Source: Candidatus Bathyarchaeia archaeon (GTDB lineage Archaea > Thermoproteota > Bathyarchaeia > Bathyarchaeales > DTEX01). From it: a stretch of DNA of 64,000 nt. Positions 28,001 to 37,616 of the stretch are shown here, in pieces. The stretch spans positions 1,285 to 65,284 of the forward strand of contig JAWBZG010000001.1 of assembly GCA_038866525.1 (NCBI GenBank). The letters run 5' to 3'. The first letter of the stretch is position 1, and each line of letters starts with the position of its first letter. The notes under the pieces were generated by a model. The model was not told the origin of the DNA and did not search any database. It saw only the letters and a list, made by a program, of their open reading frames with translations. Made by a program: the position numbers and the translations under genes.

Positions 28001-28108
28001 GCAGACTTAATGGAGGAACCACTAAGACCTTTAGAAATTCTTGACAATAAAATTAAGTTGGAGATCAGACCATTTGAGATAAAGACCCTACTGATTAAAC
28101 AGTCTTGA
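25037..28108 (+). CDS. Alpha-mannosidase, glycoside hydrolase family 38
   Basis: HAHIDMNWLW metal/active-site motif, DTFGH, and a size of 1023 aa. No signal peptide is evident. Confidence 0.9.
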   Translation: MGEKPPMGGDSGIFEEVIKSLKERHESLIKYRSQLSWKFYQGEAPEAYDPNFDDSQWQQINLPTIFDARRGGGWFRCKVSVPKEVEGIEVSGSTVKLYSSAILNKSELFINGERVLSADYWLELRPRIILDEKVEPGRTYVIAVHVFPKHEPVEVPQFYVTYSNVEKVAFEIESFIEEIRFARTLNRDLTEKILEDFDLSAIKGSFRRLLDEIDRIRMKLSPLSTEAKKFKVHLVAHAHIDMNWLWPWEDTVNTIKSTFSTMVDLMDKYSDFHFSQSQAITYKVVEENFPDLFERIRRHVNRGNWDITASMWVEADLNMAGTEALLRQFLYAKHYIRDKFGVEPEVCWEPDTFGHIWTLPQILRKFGVKYYYFMRCSKGHPVFWWEGPDGSRVLAFTSVYINFVAPRNIVDLALDLYERYGLKTSMFVYGAGDHGGGATIDDIENAYEMRKKPTLPDIVFSSTHEFFNELRREIEERDLFIPVISDELQFTFDGCYTTHGDIKKYNRLCESMLIDSEKMHVITGSSGGNSFKKLWLNVLFNQFHDILDGSGSSEAYVYPRELYRETVEAAKDLINAAVDRFSRKIKFSRDGIPIIVFNTLSWDRVDVVRVKVPRHLLPKNAVAISYDGKERRPIQIHEDEILFLACAPSMGYKVYYIVEGDRSDETILSAHHNLLENYYFKIEVNNVSGTIRTLYDKVNERFVLKEERYPHTKPVFSNLMQVLYEMPHPMSAWIIGPISRVENLVEGAKMEIVEEGPVRATIKISWKHRSSAITQYISLYDGLPRIDFRMLIDWQEVADDKTDAPMLKVSYTPILNRSRATFEIPFGYIERVPDGTEYPALRWVDLSDGEYGLSIISTCKHGFDVKGNTVRMTLVRTSYSPDPKPDQGVHEVTYALYPHKGDWRRALTFRVGWELNHPLIAYVVLNRGGNGSVGEEMSLINIKPSNIVVSCFKEAEKESGLILRFYDASGEGGSAEIQFNFDVKEVYEADLMEEPLRPLEILDNKIKLEIRPFEIKTLLIKQS

Positions 28109-28121
28109 GAACTACAGTGCC

Positions 28122-28814
28122 TTATTTTATATCCTTAAGTATGTCAGGTTTATCGCTTGCTATTCCATCAACCCCTTTTTCAGCATACTCTTTAGCTTCT
28201 TCTGAAGTATTTATTGTCCATACGACTATTTTCAAGCCGTTCTCATGGGCTCTTTTAATGAAGGATGAATGGACAAACTTATACATTGGAAACAAGTATT
28301 GTGCCTTCAGCGATAATGCCGCTTTTATTGGATCCTTATGCTTCACATAAATTAAACCAGTTTTAACGCTACTGCTTAACTCCCTAACTCTTCTAAGAGC
28401 TTCCTCATGAAATGAGATTATTATCACGTTATCTTCTAAACCTTTCCTCCTAACAATCTCTAGAACCTTATCCTCAATCCCGGTCTCCTTCAACTCTATA
28501 AGTATCTTCACTTTTCTGTCGAGGAAGTCTAGGGCTTCTTCTAAGGTTGGTATTTTTTCACCTTTCTCCGTAGACAGCTCCTTGATTTCCTTAAGTGTTA
28601 ATTCGCTAACAAGCCCTTTACCATTCGTTGTTCTGTCGACCTCAGCGTCATGTATAACCACTAACTCATTATCTTTAGTTCTTCTCACATCGAACTCAAC
28701 GGCGTTCACGCCTAGCTCTAAGGCTCTTTTAAAGCTGCGTATAGTGTTTTCAGGCTCATATGCTTTGGCGCCTCTATGACCAATTTTCAGCTCAAGCATG
28801 CAACCTTCCTCCAT
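28122..28814 (-). CDS. Glycerophosphodiester phosphodiesterase
   Basis: IGHRGAKAYEPENTIRSF...AVEFDVRRTKDNELVVIHD is the GDPD signature. Confidence 0.85.
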   Translation of the reverse strand: MEEGCMLELKIGHRGAKAYEPENTIRSFKRALELGVNAVEFDVRRTKDNELVVIHDAEVDRTTNGKGLVSELTLKEIKELSTEKGEKIPTLEEALDFLDRKVKILIELKETGIEDKVLEIVRRKGLEDNVIIISFHEEALRRVRELSSSVKTGLIYVKHKDPIKAALSLKAQYLFPMYKFVHSSFIKRAHENGLKIVVWTINTSEEAKEYAEKGVDGIASDKPDILKDIK

Positions 28815-29131
28815 TACTCCTTTTCTTCAACCACTATTTTACATTTTGTTACAAGCGCCGCTATAACACCCAAAGCCGCAACCCAAGGAGCCAATAAAGC
28901 GCCCACCAAGCCGACCGTTACGGGCATCTCAAGGAGGGTTTCATCCCTCTCATTTTTAACTATTATCCTAGTGACATTTCCCTTATGGATTATCTCCTTA
29001 ATCCTTCTTATTAAATCGTCTGATGAAACCTCGTAGACTGTTCTTTTCACCTCTTTTTGCTGCGTCCCACAATATGGGCAGTAGTTTGCATCTTCAGATA
29101 TCTCTTTACCACACTTTACACAATAAACCAT
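28814..29131 (-). CDS. Zinc-ribbon plus DUF4342-like protein
   Basis: N-terminal CVKCGKEISEDANYCPYCG, then EIIHKGNVTRIIVKNE and a hydrophobic C-terminal segment. Confidence 0.5.
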   Translation of the reverse strand: MVYCVKCGKEISEDANYCPYCGTQQKEVKRTVYEVSSDDLIRRIKEIIHKGNVTRIIVKNERDETLLEMPVTVGLVGALLAPWVAALGVIAALVTKCKIVVEEKE

Positions 29132-29197
29132 TTTGGATCACCTAAGCATCAAATGCTCAAAAAATATTTAAAGGATACAAAGCCTATATATCGTCTT

Positions 29198-29698
29198 CTA
29201 TTCTAGAACTTTCATGAATTTTATCCCATCATTTCCAGCGCCGTAATAGTTTCTTAAAATACCGACAATCATGTATTTGTGCTTAAGGTAAAGGTTTATG
29301 GCGGCAACATTATCTTTCCGCGCTTCTAAGTAACATGCTTTAGCCCCGCGCTTCCTTAAATTTTCCTCCATTGATTCCAGTAGGCATGATCCTACGCCTC
29401 TCCGCCTATATTCGGGTTCAACGTTTATGGAGTATATGTGTCCAACACGTTCTCCCCTAAAAATCTCTATGGAAGCAACTATGAAGCCGATAACCTTATT
29501 CTCCAGGACAGCGACCAACGTCATAAACTCTGGATCCTTAATAAATCGCTCCATGAAATGGAACGGAAAGGCGTCTTCGTGGAAGCATTTAACCTCTATC
29601 TCATATAACCTTTTTAAATCCGATCTTTCAGCTCTCCTTATTGTGAGGCGGTTGAGCACGTCATAAATATACGTGAACCGCAATATAAATGCGCTCAA
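29198..29698 (-). CDS. GNAT N-acetyltransferase, RimI-like
   Basis: VEPEYRRRGVGSCLLESMEENLRKRGA and AAINLYLKHKY. Confidence 0.75.
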   Translation of the reverse strand: MSAFILRFTYIYDVLNRLTIRRAERSDLKRLYEIEVKCFHEDAFPFHFMERFIKDPEFMTLVAVLENKVIGFIVASIEIFRGERVGHIYSINVEPEYRRRGVGSCLLESMEENLRKRGAKACYLEARKDNVAAINLYLKHKYMIVGILRNYYGAGNDGIKFMKVLE

Positions 29699-29731
29699 AT
29701 TTTAGGGGGTGATAAAACGAGGGGCATATAC

Positions 29732-30124
29732 GTGTTAGTTCTCTTAGTTAGCAAGGAGATAAGTGTAAGGGTTGGTTCTCTCGGCACGCTAACCTTCAGT
29801 AGCGGGCTCTATGCGTACGTGGGGTCGGCTCAAAGCGACTTGGAAAGGAGAGTGGCTAGGCATTTTAGTAGGGAGAAGCGGGTGTTTTGGCATATAGATT
29901 ACTTGCTTAAGAATGAACATGTGTATATTCAAAACGTGTTTTTTAAGGTGGCGCCAAAAACCGAAGAATGCCTACTGGCGAAAGCAATGAGCAGATTATA
30001 TGAGCCGATAAAAGATTTCGGTTCTTCGGACTGTGATTGCCCAAGCCATCTGTTTAAAGTGGATGGGTGCAAAGAATTTGACGGCTTTTTAAGAAAAATG
30101 GGGCTAAAAATCTTAAAATTGTAG
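29732..30124 (+). CDS. DUF123 / GIY-YIG (Uri) superfamily protein
   Basis: GLYAYVGSAQSDLERRVARHFSREKRVFWHIDYLL matches the DUF123 pattern. Confidence 0.65.
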   Translation: MLVLLVSKEISVRVGSLGTLTFSSGLYAYVGSAQSDLERRVARHFSREKRVFWHIDYLLKNEHVYIQNVFFKVAPKTEECLLAKAMSRLYEPIKDFGSSDCDCPSHLFKVDGCKEFDGFLRKMGLKILKL

Positions 30125-30156
30125 GGGCTCATCAAAACGCTTTAGAGGGCGTATAT

Positions 30157-30441
30157 ATGAAAGTTGAGGTCCGGATGCTGGGGATGCTGAAAAAAATTAG
30201 TGGAAGAGACAGGGTCTCTCTTGATTTGGATGAAGGGTTAAGGCTTAGGGAAGTTATTGAAAGAATCCTTGAGGAGATAAACTCCTTAAAAGACGTATTG
30301 TTGGATCCAGAGTTAAGGGATCCGCGCCCCAACATAATTGTGCTTGTTAATGGCAAGGACATAAGTGTGCTAGATGGTTTAGATACGCAAATTAAGGATG
30401 GAGACGATATAGTGTTTATTCCCATCATACATGGTGGTTGA
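30157..30441 (+). CDS. Ubiquitin-like small modifier / sulfur carrier (MoaD/ThiS beta-grasp) ending in Gly-Gly
   Basis: 94 aa, with ...LVNGKDISVLDGLDTQIKDGDDIVFIPIIHGG followed directly by the stop codon. Confidence 0.75.
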   Translation: MKVEVRMLGMLKKISGRDRVSLDLDEGLRLREVIERILEEINSLKDVLLDPELRDPRPNIIVLVNGKDISVLDGLDTQIKDGDDIVFIPIIHGG

Positions 30442-30525
30442 GGCGCAGTTCTCCTCTTTTAGATAGAACTTTTATAAGGGAAGAGGAAGAATTACCTAAA
30501 TTTTGATGTTAGATTCATCATAGAG

Positions 30526-31623
30526 GTGTTAAATTTGATAGGTTTCTCAAGTTTGGCTTCTCTCCCACGTTTAAGGAATTATAGAAGTCGCAGAATCTCA
30601 AGCTACGATAGGACTGGAGGAAATATGGATGCTTGGCTGATTAAAGGAGGTGAGAGAAAGGTTATAGCTGAAATTGAGGGGCCGGCGTGCATTAAGCATA
30701 TCTGGATGACGCTTGGGATACCGCAGGAAGATTATCTGCGCAGGATAGTCTTAAGGTTTTACTGGGACGGATGCTCTGAGCCGAGCGTTGAGTGCCCCAT
30801 AGGAGACTTCTTCGGTATGGGTCATGGTATGCGGAAGAACTTCATCTCTCTGCCGCTTCAAATGAGTCCGCAGGATGGAAAAGGGTTTAACTCCTGGTGG
30901 CCTATGCCGTTCAAGAGTAGAGCAATTATAGAGGTTGAAAACCAGGGCGAAAAAGAATATTGGCATTACTTCCATGTCGACTACGAGCTTTACGATTCCA
31001 TTAAGGCGGTCGAGGACTTAGCTTATTTCCATGTCCAATGGAGGCGTGAAGCTGATACTGAGGGGTGGGCTTATAAGGAAAGGTTTAGCAGAGAGACTAT
31101 GATGAGGGATCCTAGATGGTACAATAAAGATGGCAAGCATAATTATGTTATCCTCGAGGCTGAGGGAAACGGCATATATTGTGGCGCGCACCTAGACATA
31201 GATTGTTTCGTTCGGAACCCAGACGACTGGTATGGTGAGGGAGATGACATGGTCTTCATAGATGGCGAAGAATGGCCTCCATCAATCCATGGAACTGGAA
31301 CAGAAGACTGGTTTAACTGCGCCTATTGCCCACAGCAAGAGTATAATGCCCCCTATCACGGCGTGATCCTATATAATGGGACTAAGGAGTGGCCTTGGAA
31401 GAGAAAACAGACTGTTTACCGCTACTATATTGAAGACCCTATTAGATTTTATAAGAGCATAAGGGTAACGATTGAGCATGGGCACGCAAACACATTAACC
31501 CTAGATATTTCGAGCACAGCCTACTACTACTTATCGGAGCCTAAAAGAGGAGGGCCTCCACTACCGCCAGTCAAGGATAGACTGCCTAGACCTGATGAAG
31601 AAATATATGTTCCAGAAAAATAG
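30526..31623 (+). CDS. DUF2961 (GH172-like) glycoside hydrolase family protein
   Basis: SSYDRTGGNMD, IKHIWMT, WWPMPF and GTGTEDWFN are the DUF2961 hallmarks as I recall them. Confidence 0.7.
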   Translation: MLNLIGFSSLASLPRLRNYRSRRISSYDRTGGNMDAWLIKGGERKVIAEIEGPACIKHIWMTLGIPQEDYLRRIVLRFYWDGCSEPSVECPIGDFFGMGHGMRKNFISLPLQMSPQDGKGFNSWWPMPFKSRAIIEVENQGEKEYWHYFHVDYELYDSIKAVEDLAYFHVQWRREADTEGWAYKERFSRETMMRDPRWYNKDGKHNYVILEAEGNGIYCGAHLDIDCFVRNPDDWYGEGDDMVFIDGEEWPPSIHGTGTEDWFNCAYCPQQEYNAPYHGVILYNGTKEWPWKRKQTVYRYYIEDPIRFYKSIRVTIEHGHANTLTLDISSTAYYYLSEPKRGGPPLPPVKDRLPRPDEEIYVPEK

Positions 31624-31677
31624 GAGAAAAATGGGGAGCAATATATTATCGCCAGTTCTCTCCATTTTCCTTTTAAG

Positions 31678-32193
31678 CTACCATGGTAGTCTACCATATT
31701 TTTTAACATAGTTTACTAGACCGCCGTTAATCAGGATCTCTAGTAAGGCTGGCGGAATAGGTTTAACCCAATAGGTTTCATTCCGCGTCAGGTTCTTCAC
31801 GTACCCCTCAGCAAGGTTCACGCACAAGATGTCTCCATCCGCTATCTTGTATGCTTCCTTACATTCGAGCGCTGGCAGCCCTATGTTTATCGCGTTCCTA
31901 TAAAATATTCGGGCGAATGATTCAGCTATAATCGCACCTATGCCTATATGCTTTAAAACTAATGGGGCTTGCTCACGGCTTGAACCGCATCCAAAATTTT
32001 TCCCAGCCACGATAATATCTCCTCTTTTAACCTTTTCCGCGAAACCGGGTATTAAAGCCTCCATAGCATGTTTCGATAGCTCGTCTATGTTAGTTATACT
32101 TAACTTGTATTTTCCAGCAATAATTAAATCCGTGTTTATATTATCGCCAAACTTCCAGGCCCGACCACCGACACTAACATTCAATATGATCAC
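31678..32193 (-). CDS. leuD: 3-isopropylmalate/homoaconitate dehydratase small subunit
   Basis: GDNINTDLIIAGKY and GKNFGCGSSREQAP. Confidence 0.85.
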   Translation of the reverse strand: MIILNVSVGGRAWKFGDNINTDLIIAGKYKLSITNIDELSKHAMEALIPGFAEKVKRGDIIVAGKNFGCGSSREQAPLVLKHIGIGAIIAESFARIFYRNAINIGLPALECKEAYKIADGDILCVNLAEGYVKNLTRNETYWVKPIPPALLEILINGGLVNYVKKYGRLPW

Positions 32194-32196
32194 CCC

Positions 32197-33456
32197 TCAA
32201 CGCTTTAATAAAACCCTTGGATCAGTTATCTTCCCCTCCAAAGCCGTCACCGCCGCTGTTGCCGGCGAAGCCAAATATATCTCCGCTTCAGCGCTGCCCA
32301 TCCTCCCTTTAAAGTTTCTGTTAGAGGTCGATAGACATACCTCCCCTTTAGCAAGTATTCCCTGATGGGCGCCTGCGCATGGTCCGCATCCAGGGTTGCA
32401 AACTATACAGCCTGCTTTAACGAAGATTTCTATTAACCCCTCTTTTAAGGCTTGCAAATATATGCTTCTTGACGCGGGCGTAATTATCATGCGAACATTC
32501 TCGTTAATCTTTCTTCCCTTAAGTATTTCAGCGGCCACCCTTAAATCCTCTATGCGTCCATTTGTACATGAGCCGAGAAATACTTGGTCAACCTCTTTCC
32601 CTTCAACCTCCTTAACAGGCTTCACGTTATCTACCGCATGTGGGCACGCGATCATAGGTTCAAGGTCTGAAACGTTAAGGCTAATCTTACCAGCATATTC
32701 AGCATCCTCATCGCTTTTTAAAACCGCGTAATCTTCAATCCCCAAGCCGCGTAGAAAATCTAATGTTTTGTTGTCAGGCTCCACTATGCCGGTTTTGGCG
32801 CCCATTTCAACAGCCATATTACAGAGCGTTAAACGACCATCTATACTCATCTCTCTAATGGTTGTTCCATGATATTCCACGGCTTTATATGTTGCTCCAT
32901 CAGCCCCAACAATCCCAATTATACTCAAAACAACATCTTTCGGCAGAACCATTTGTGGTAGAGAACCGTTCACCTCAATCTTTAAAGTTTCTGGAACCCT
33001 AAACCATAGTTTTCCAGACATGAATACTGCCGCCATCTCCGTTGAACCTATCCCTGTTGCGAAGGCTCCTAAAGCGCCATAGGTGCATGTATGGGAGTCC
33101 GCGCCGACGATAAGCGACCCCGGATAAACAAGCCCAGATTCAACCATAATTTGATGGCATACTCCAGATCCAGCATCATAGAGGGCGGCTCCATACTCAC
33201 GTGCAAATTCCCGCATAACTTTGTGGACCCTTGAGAAATTTTCATTGGAGCTGGGGGCAACATGATCTATGATTAAAGCGACCTTCGATGGATCCCAAAG
33301 GTTTTTACCGCCCATTTCTTTGAAGGCTTCAATTGTTAGAAGTGCGGTTCCATCATGAGCCATAGCTGCGTTAACATTCGCTATCACGATATCGCCAGCG
33401 CAAACGTCCCTTTTAGATGCCAAGCTAAATATTTTTTCTGAGATTGTTTTTCCCAT
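32197..33456 (-). CDS. leuC: 3-isopropylmalate/homoaconitate dehydratase large subunit
   Basis: Aconitase-family motifs IDHVAPS, GADSHTCTYGALGAFATG, GSCTNGR and CGPCAG. Confidence 0.9.
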   Translation of the reverse strand: MGKTISEKIFSLASKRDVCAGDIVIANVNAAMAHDGTALLTIEAFKEMGGKNLWDPSKVALIIDHVAPSSNENFSRVHKVMREFAREYGAALYDAGSGVCHQIMVESGLVYPGSLIVGADSHTCTYGALGAFATGIGSTEMAAVFMSGKLWFRVPETLKIEVNGSLPQMVLPKDVVLSIIGIVGADGATYKAVEYHGTTIREMSIDGRLTLCNMAVEMGAKTGIVEPDNKTLDFLRGLGIEDYAVLKSDEDAEYAGKISLNVSDLEPMIACPHAVDNVKPVKEVEGKEVDQVFLGSCTNGRIEDLRVAAEILKGRKINENVRMIITPASRSIYLQALKEGLIEIFVKAGCIVCNPGCGPCAGAHQGILAKGEVCLSTSNRNFKGRMGSAEAEIYLASPATAAVTALEGKITDPRVLLKR

Positions 33457-33631
33457 GCTAAATCAACCTAAGCCTAAAAATTTAGAAGTCTAGCTAATAA
33501 GAATTATCGTTCCGTAAGCTGAATGAGAAGCGTTGATGCTTTTGTATACAATCAATATCTTAAGGGGCATGTATCCGCCTAAAGCAATTCTTTAGAAAAT
33601 TCGATCTTAATGGGAAAAATAAAAATGGATT

Positions 33632-34684
33632 TTACCTTTTCTCCGATACTCTCTCTTTAAAGAACGTTTTCTCAACGGCTTCAGCAAGCCCCTTCATATA
33701 TCCAAGGGCGAGAACCTTCCCTACCATGTAGTATCCAGGATGGCCGCTGAGAAGACATTCAAGCAATAAGTCAGCTATAGTTTTCGGTGCGTGATCAGGT
33801 CTCATAGGTCCCTCAAATCCAACCTCATAGTAGGCTTTCATAGCTTCAAACATGTCAACTCTACCGGATGGGTCATCGTGGAAGATTTCTTGAAAGCCGC
33901 CGGGCTCATGCACTGAACCTATAACATTTCTGAAGTGGGCAAAGAATATTTTCTTCTTTCTGCCAAAATACCTTATAGCTGCGGGGGCGTCAACTCCCAT
34001 CTCCGCAAAACATCCCTGGCAGAAACATATGCCGACATTATCACTAGGAACAATATTAAGCAGCTTATCGAAGGCTTCAACGCTTCTGAGTATGCGCGGA
34101 AAACCCTGAATCGGGGAGATCGGTGGGTCATCTGGATGAAAAGTTATTACGACCCCTGTCTCCTCAGCCGTTGGAACAACATTCTTGAGGAAGTATTCAA
34201 GGTTTCTCCATAGATCCTCTTCCTTATATGAACCGAACCGAATGGTTGGCGGAATATCTTTCACGAGCTCATAGTCGAAGGCTGTCGAGGTTGCCCCACC
34301 TCTAGTCGGCTTATCAACCTCAGTCCTCCAAATCATATTTGGAACCGGAGGCATGTGCTGCGGCTTTATGACCTTTATACCCGCCTTACCCAAATTCTCT
34401 AAAGATTTACAGAAGTTTTCGAGCTGTTCCTCTTTTCCTGGCAGATTATATATTATCTTTTCTATTGGAGGGGCATCTTCAAGAACTTCTAGCTTTAAGC
34501 CGTAGCTTTCAACACGCCTTTTAATCTGAATGATGTCTCCATACTCCCAGATCTCTGAGTTTCTTGGCGTTGGAGGTCCGTGACCTATAACGTCCGTGCA
34601 ACCCAATTGTCTCATTAAAATCAGATTCTTTGTGTCATATATGTCGCCGAAGGGGAGAATAACAGCTAACCGCATTTTAACCAT
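33632..34684 (-). CDS. uxuA: Mannonate dehydratase
   Basis: FHPDDPP, FAHFRNV, MRPDH and HPGY...GLAEA line up with the UxuA family. Confidence 0.85.
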   Translation of the reverse strand: MVKMRLAVILPFGDIYDTKNLILMRQLGCTDVIGHGPPTPRNSEIWEYGDIIQIKRRVESYGLKLEVLEDAPPIEKIIYNLPGKEEQLENFCKSLENLGKAGIKVIKPQHMPPVPNMIWRTEVDKPTRGGATSTAFDYELVKDIPPTIRFGSYKEEDLWRNLEYFLKNVVPTAEETGVVITFHPDDPPISPIQGFPRILRSVEAFDKLLNIVPSDNVGICFCQGCFAEMGVDAPAAIRYFGRKKKIFFAHFRNVIGSVHEPGGFQEIFHDDPSGRVDMFEAMKAYYEVGFEGPMRPDHAPKTIADLLLECLLSGHPGYYMVGKVLALGYMKGLAEAVEKTFFKERVSEKR

Positions 34685-34767
34685 AGCATCAACTACCTCA
34701 TTTTCACACTTCTTTCCAGCAATTAATAGGAGTTACATTCGGCTTTAAAGGTTAAGGATGCGGAAGG

Positions 34768-35499
34768 CTACTTCTTCTTTTTTCTGCCAGCTCTCTTAGC
34801 AGCTATTAGACCAACTTTTCTTCCGGGAGGCGCATTACGGGAAACCGTTGTTGGTTTTCTGGCTCCTCTTCTACCGCTCCCAAAGGGATGTAAAGCGGCT
34901 ATCATCGCTCTACCACGCACCCTTGGATACTTATGCCCCTTCGCCCTCATTAAATGGAATTTTTTACCTGCCTTCACGAACGGTTTTTCTACGCGACCGG
35001 ACGCTGCTACAACGCCTATTGTTGCTAAACATAAATCGTTAATATAACGTGTTTTACCCGATGGAAGAGATACGAGTGTTCCTTCGGGCGTATGCGATAT
35101 CACTGTAGCATATGCTCCGGAGGAGCGCACAAGTTTCCCCCCGTCGCCGGGCAACATTTCTATATTGCATATAGTTGTGCCTTCAGGGATAACTCCAACC
35201 GGAAGAATGTTGCCAACGTTTACCGACGCTTTCCCGCCAACCTCTATTATTTGCCCCTCATGGACTCCCTCAGGGGCCACAGTATAATACCTTTCCCCAG
35301 TTTCAAGCTCTATATAGGCTAATGGAGCCCCTCTGCCTGGATCATGAACTAACTCCAGTATCTGCCCCTTTAGGACAGTATCCAATATATTGATTTTCAT
35401 CAGATTCGGATATTTTGCCGGAGCAACACGTTTATGTGTCGAGGCTCTAAATGTTGGGGAGCCTCTTCCTCTTCTTTGAACCAGTATTCTCTTACCCAT
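34768..35499 (-). CDS. rpl2: 50S ribosomal protein L2
   Basis: MGKRILVQRRGRGS... and a basic C-terminal tail. The ATG at 35499, preceded by GGAGGGG, is preferred over the GTG at 35514. Confidence 0.95.
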   Translation of the reverse strand: MGKRILVQRRGRGSPTFRASTHKRVAPAKYPNLMKINILDTVLKGQILELVHDPGRGAPLAYIELETGERYYTVAPEGVHEGQIIEVGGKASVNVGNILPVGVIPEGTTICNIEMLPGDGGKLVRSSGAYATVISHTPEGTLVSLPSGKTRYINDLCLATIGVVAASGRVEKPFVKAGKKFHLMRAKGHKYPRVRGRAMIAALHPFGSGRRGARKPTTVSRNAPPGRKVGLIAAKRAGRKKKK

Positions 35500-35513
35500 T
35501 AAATTCCCCTCCA

Positions 35514-35774
35514 CTAGAATATGCCCAACTTAACCGCTAAATCTGTTGCGCTGTACTCCTCAGATAGCTTCACGTAAGCTTTTTTTGTGCCCTCCCTAGT
35601 TATCAATGTATTAACGCTGCTAACCTTAACCTGATATAATTCTTCAACAGCTCTCTTTATATCGCTTTTAGTCGCCGCCCGATTAACTATGAAAACCATC
35701 TTGTTCTCTCTCTCAATTAAGCGGCTTGTGACCTCGGTTATAAGCGGATAGATGATGACATCATGAGGATCCAC
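35514..35774 (-). CDS. rpl23: 50S ribosomal protein L23
   Basis: [39 protein letters not shown], positioned between L4 and L2. Confidence 0.9.
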   Translation of the reverse strand: MDPHDVIIYPLITEVTSRLIERENKMVFIVNRAATKSDIKRAVEELYQVKVSSVNTLITREGTKKAYVKLSEEYSATDLAVKLGIF

Positions 35775-35793
35775 TCTTAATCCACCTCCTTAA

Positions 35794-36561
35794 CTAAGGC
35801 GGTTTTTCAAGCTCCTCAATGCTAGATTTAGTCCAAATTGTCAGCCTTCCCGGATGAGCTCCCGGAGCTAATAGCTCTGGGTTCAGATACTTCACGTTAA
35901 CAACGTCCACACCCGGAATGTTTCTAGCAGCCCTAAGTATGCCATCATCTTTAGACACGACTATTAATGGTCCAACAGCCATTTTTTTCCTCCTTCCACG
36001 CATCTTACCCTTGCCACTTCTAACCTTTACGCTTTCCACAACCCTTTCAATATCCGGCCAAACCCCAAGTTTCATTAAGACGCTTCTCAGATCTTTCGCT
36101 CTCTTAATGCTCTCGAGATCGTCCACTACAACCAACGGTATCTCTGGAACGCTGTCAATAACGTGCCCTCTCGCTTTAACTATGTCTTTTTGCGCTGATG
36201 CGGCTATGGCTGAAAATAACGCTAATTTCCTCTCCTTCTTGGGAATCTTCTTATAAATCTTCTTCTCAACGACTGGTGGGTGAGCCAAACGTCCTCCGAC
36301 GGTTCCTGGGGCAAACGCCGCTCTGCCAGTATCTAAGCGTGGAACCCTTGAAAGACCGTGTCCAACACCCCACGATTCAGCAGTCGTCCTCTTTCCAGCG
36401 TAAGGATCCCTGCCCTTAGGTTGGAGCCTATGGGATTGAATAGCTACGACTGCGCGTTTTATAACATCTGGTCTAAAAGGTGTTCTGAAAACATCAGGTA
36501 AGCGGATCTTGCCAGCCTCCTTTCCTTCCAAGTCAAAAACCCGAACGAAGAGCTTCGTCAT
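35794..36561 (-). CDS. rpl4: 50S ribosomal protein L4
   Basis: [26 protein letters not shown], positioned between L3 and L23. Confidence 0.9.
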   Translation of the reverse strand: MTKLFVRVFDLEGKEAGKIRLPDVFRTPFRPDVIKRAVVAIQSHRLQPKGRDPYAGKRTTAESWGVGHGLSRVPRLDTGRAAFAPGTVGGRLAHPPVVEKKIYKKIPKKERKLALFSAIAASAQKDIVKARGHVIDSVPEIPLVVVDDLESIKRAKDLRSVLMKLGVWPDIERVVESVKVRSGKGKMRGRRKKMAVGPLIVVSKDDGILRAARNIPGVDVVNVKYLNPELLAPGAHPGRLTIWTKSSIEELEKPP

Positions 36562-36575
36562 ATCATACGCCCACC

Positions 36576-37583
36576 TTAAACTCCCTGCTGAGATTCAAGC
36601 GATATAAAGAGGATTTGCGGTGGGGATCCGCTTGCTTTCTTCGGTGGACGTGCAGGATATCTGAGCCTCACTAGCCTTTTAGCTGGTCCAGGAACGCTTC
36701 CGCTAAGCACTATGTATGGACCTTTAACTGGACCATAATGTAAGAAGCCGCCTTTAGGAGTGATTTCTTTTCCATCTTTACCAATCCTTATTATACGTTT
36801 ATTATATTCAGTTCTCTGATGGAATCCCATTTGCCCGGCCCTTGGAACAGTGTATATAACTCTTTTCATTCCCCATGGACCTAGCGTTCCAACTCCCCGC
36901 TCCGTCTTACGGCTTTTGTGCTGGAGCGTTCTCACACCCCATCTCTTTACCGGACCTTGAAAACCTTTACCTTTAGTTATGGCTACAACATCCACAAATT
37001 GTCCTTCCTTGAAAACCTCTTCCACAGATACTATTTTACCCAAGATTTTCTTCACGTAGTCAAATTGTTCTTTTATTGACCCCCCGCCCACTTTTATCTC
37101 CATTAAATCCGGCTTCTTTTTCGGAACATTCGCTAACCTTGGCTGTGTAGCAGCCAGAACCCTGAACTCCACAATCCTATCAAGAGATCTCTCCATTTTC
37201 TCAATGTTTTCCTTAGTATCAACTTTTGGCGGAGTTATTATTCTGCTAAAGTCTTTAGGCAGCGGGTTAGCCCAAACCTCAGTTAACGATTTAAGCCCAT
37301 TTTCATCCTCCACATAGGCGCGTATTGCAGCTATATATATTGGGGGCGCATCAATGATGGTGACTGGTTGAACAACTTCTTTACCGAAATTCGGTGAGCC
37401 GGGCTCATCATCAATGATCACTGCATAGGTCATGCCAGCCTTATAGCCAGCAAACCCCAATAGAACAGGGCCTTCTTTAACTTCAGGCCAATACCTTATT
37501 CTACCAACTATATGGGATGCTCTAGCTCTGGGTAAGTAGGCTAACGATCCCCTTTTTGGAGCGCTAATTTTCCTATGACCCAC
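36576..37583 (-). CDS. rpl3: 50S ribosomal protein L3
   Basis: (M)[18 protein letters not shown]...[15 protein letters not shown] start. First gene of the block. Confidence 0.95.
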   Translation of the reverse strand: MGHRKISAPKRGSLAYLPRARASHIVGRIRYWPEVKEGPVLLGFAGYKAGMTYAVIIDDEPGSPNFGKEVVQPVTIIDAPPIYIAAIRAYVEDENGLKSLTEVWANPLPKDFSRIITPPKVDTKENIEKMERSLDRIVEFRVLAATQPRLANVPKKKPDLMEIKVGGGSIKEQFDYVKKILGKIVSVEEVFKEGQFVDVVAITKGKGFQGPVKRWGVRTLQHKSRKTERGVGTLGPWGMKRVIYTVPRAGQMGFHQRTEYNKRIIRIGKDGKEITPKGGFLHYGPVKGPYIVLSGSVPGPAKRLVRLRYPARPPKKASGSPPQILFISLESQQGV

Positions 37584-37604
37584 AGACCTATTCTCCCATA
37601 CGCT

Positions 37605-37616
37605 CTTCTTTTAAGC
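37605..37616 (-). promoter_or_regulatory. Candidate BRE/TATA element for the L3-L4-L23-L2 operon
   Basis: The minus strand reads GCTTAAAAGAAG. The TATA-like TTAAAAG ends about 24 nt upstream of the GTG start, a spacing that fits a leaderless or very short-leader transcript. Confidence 0.3.
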
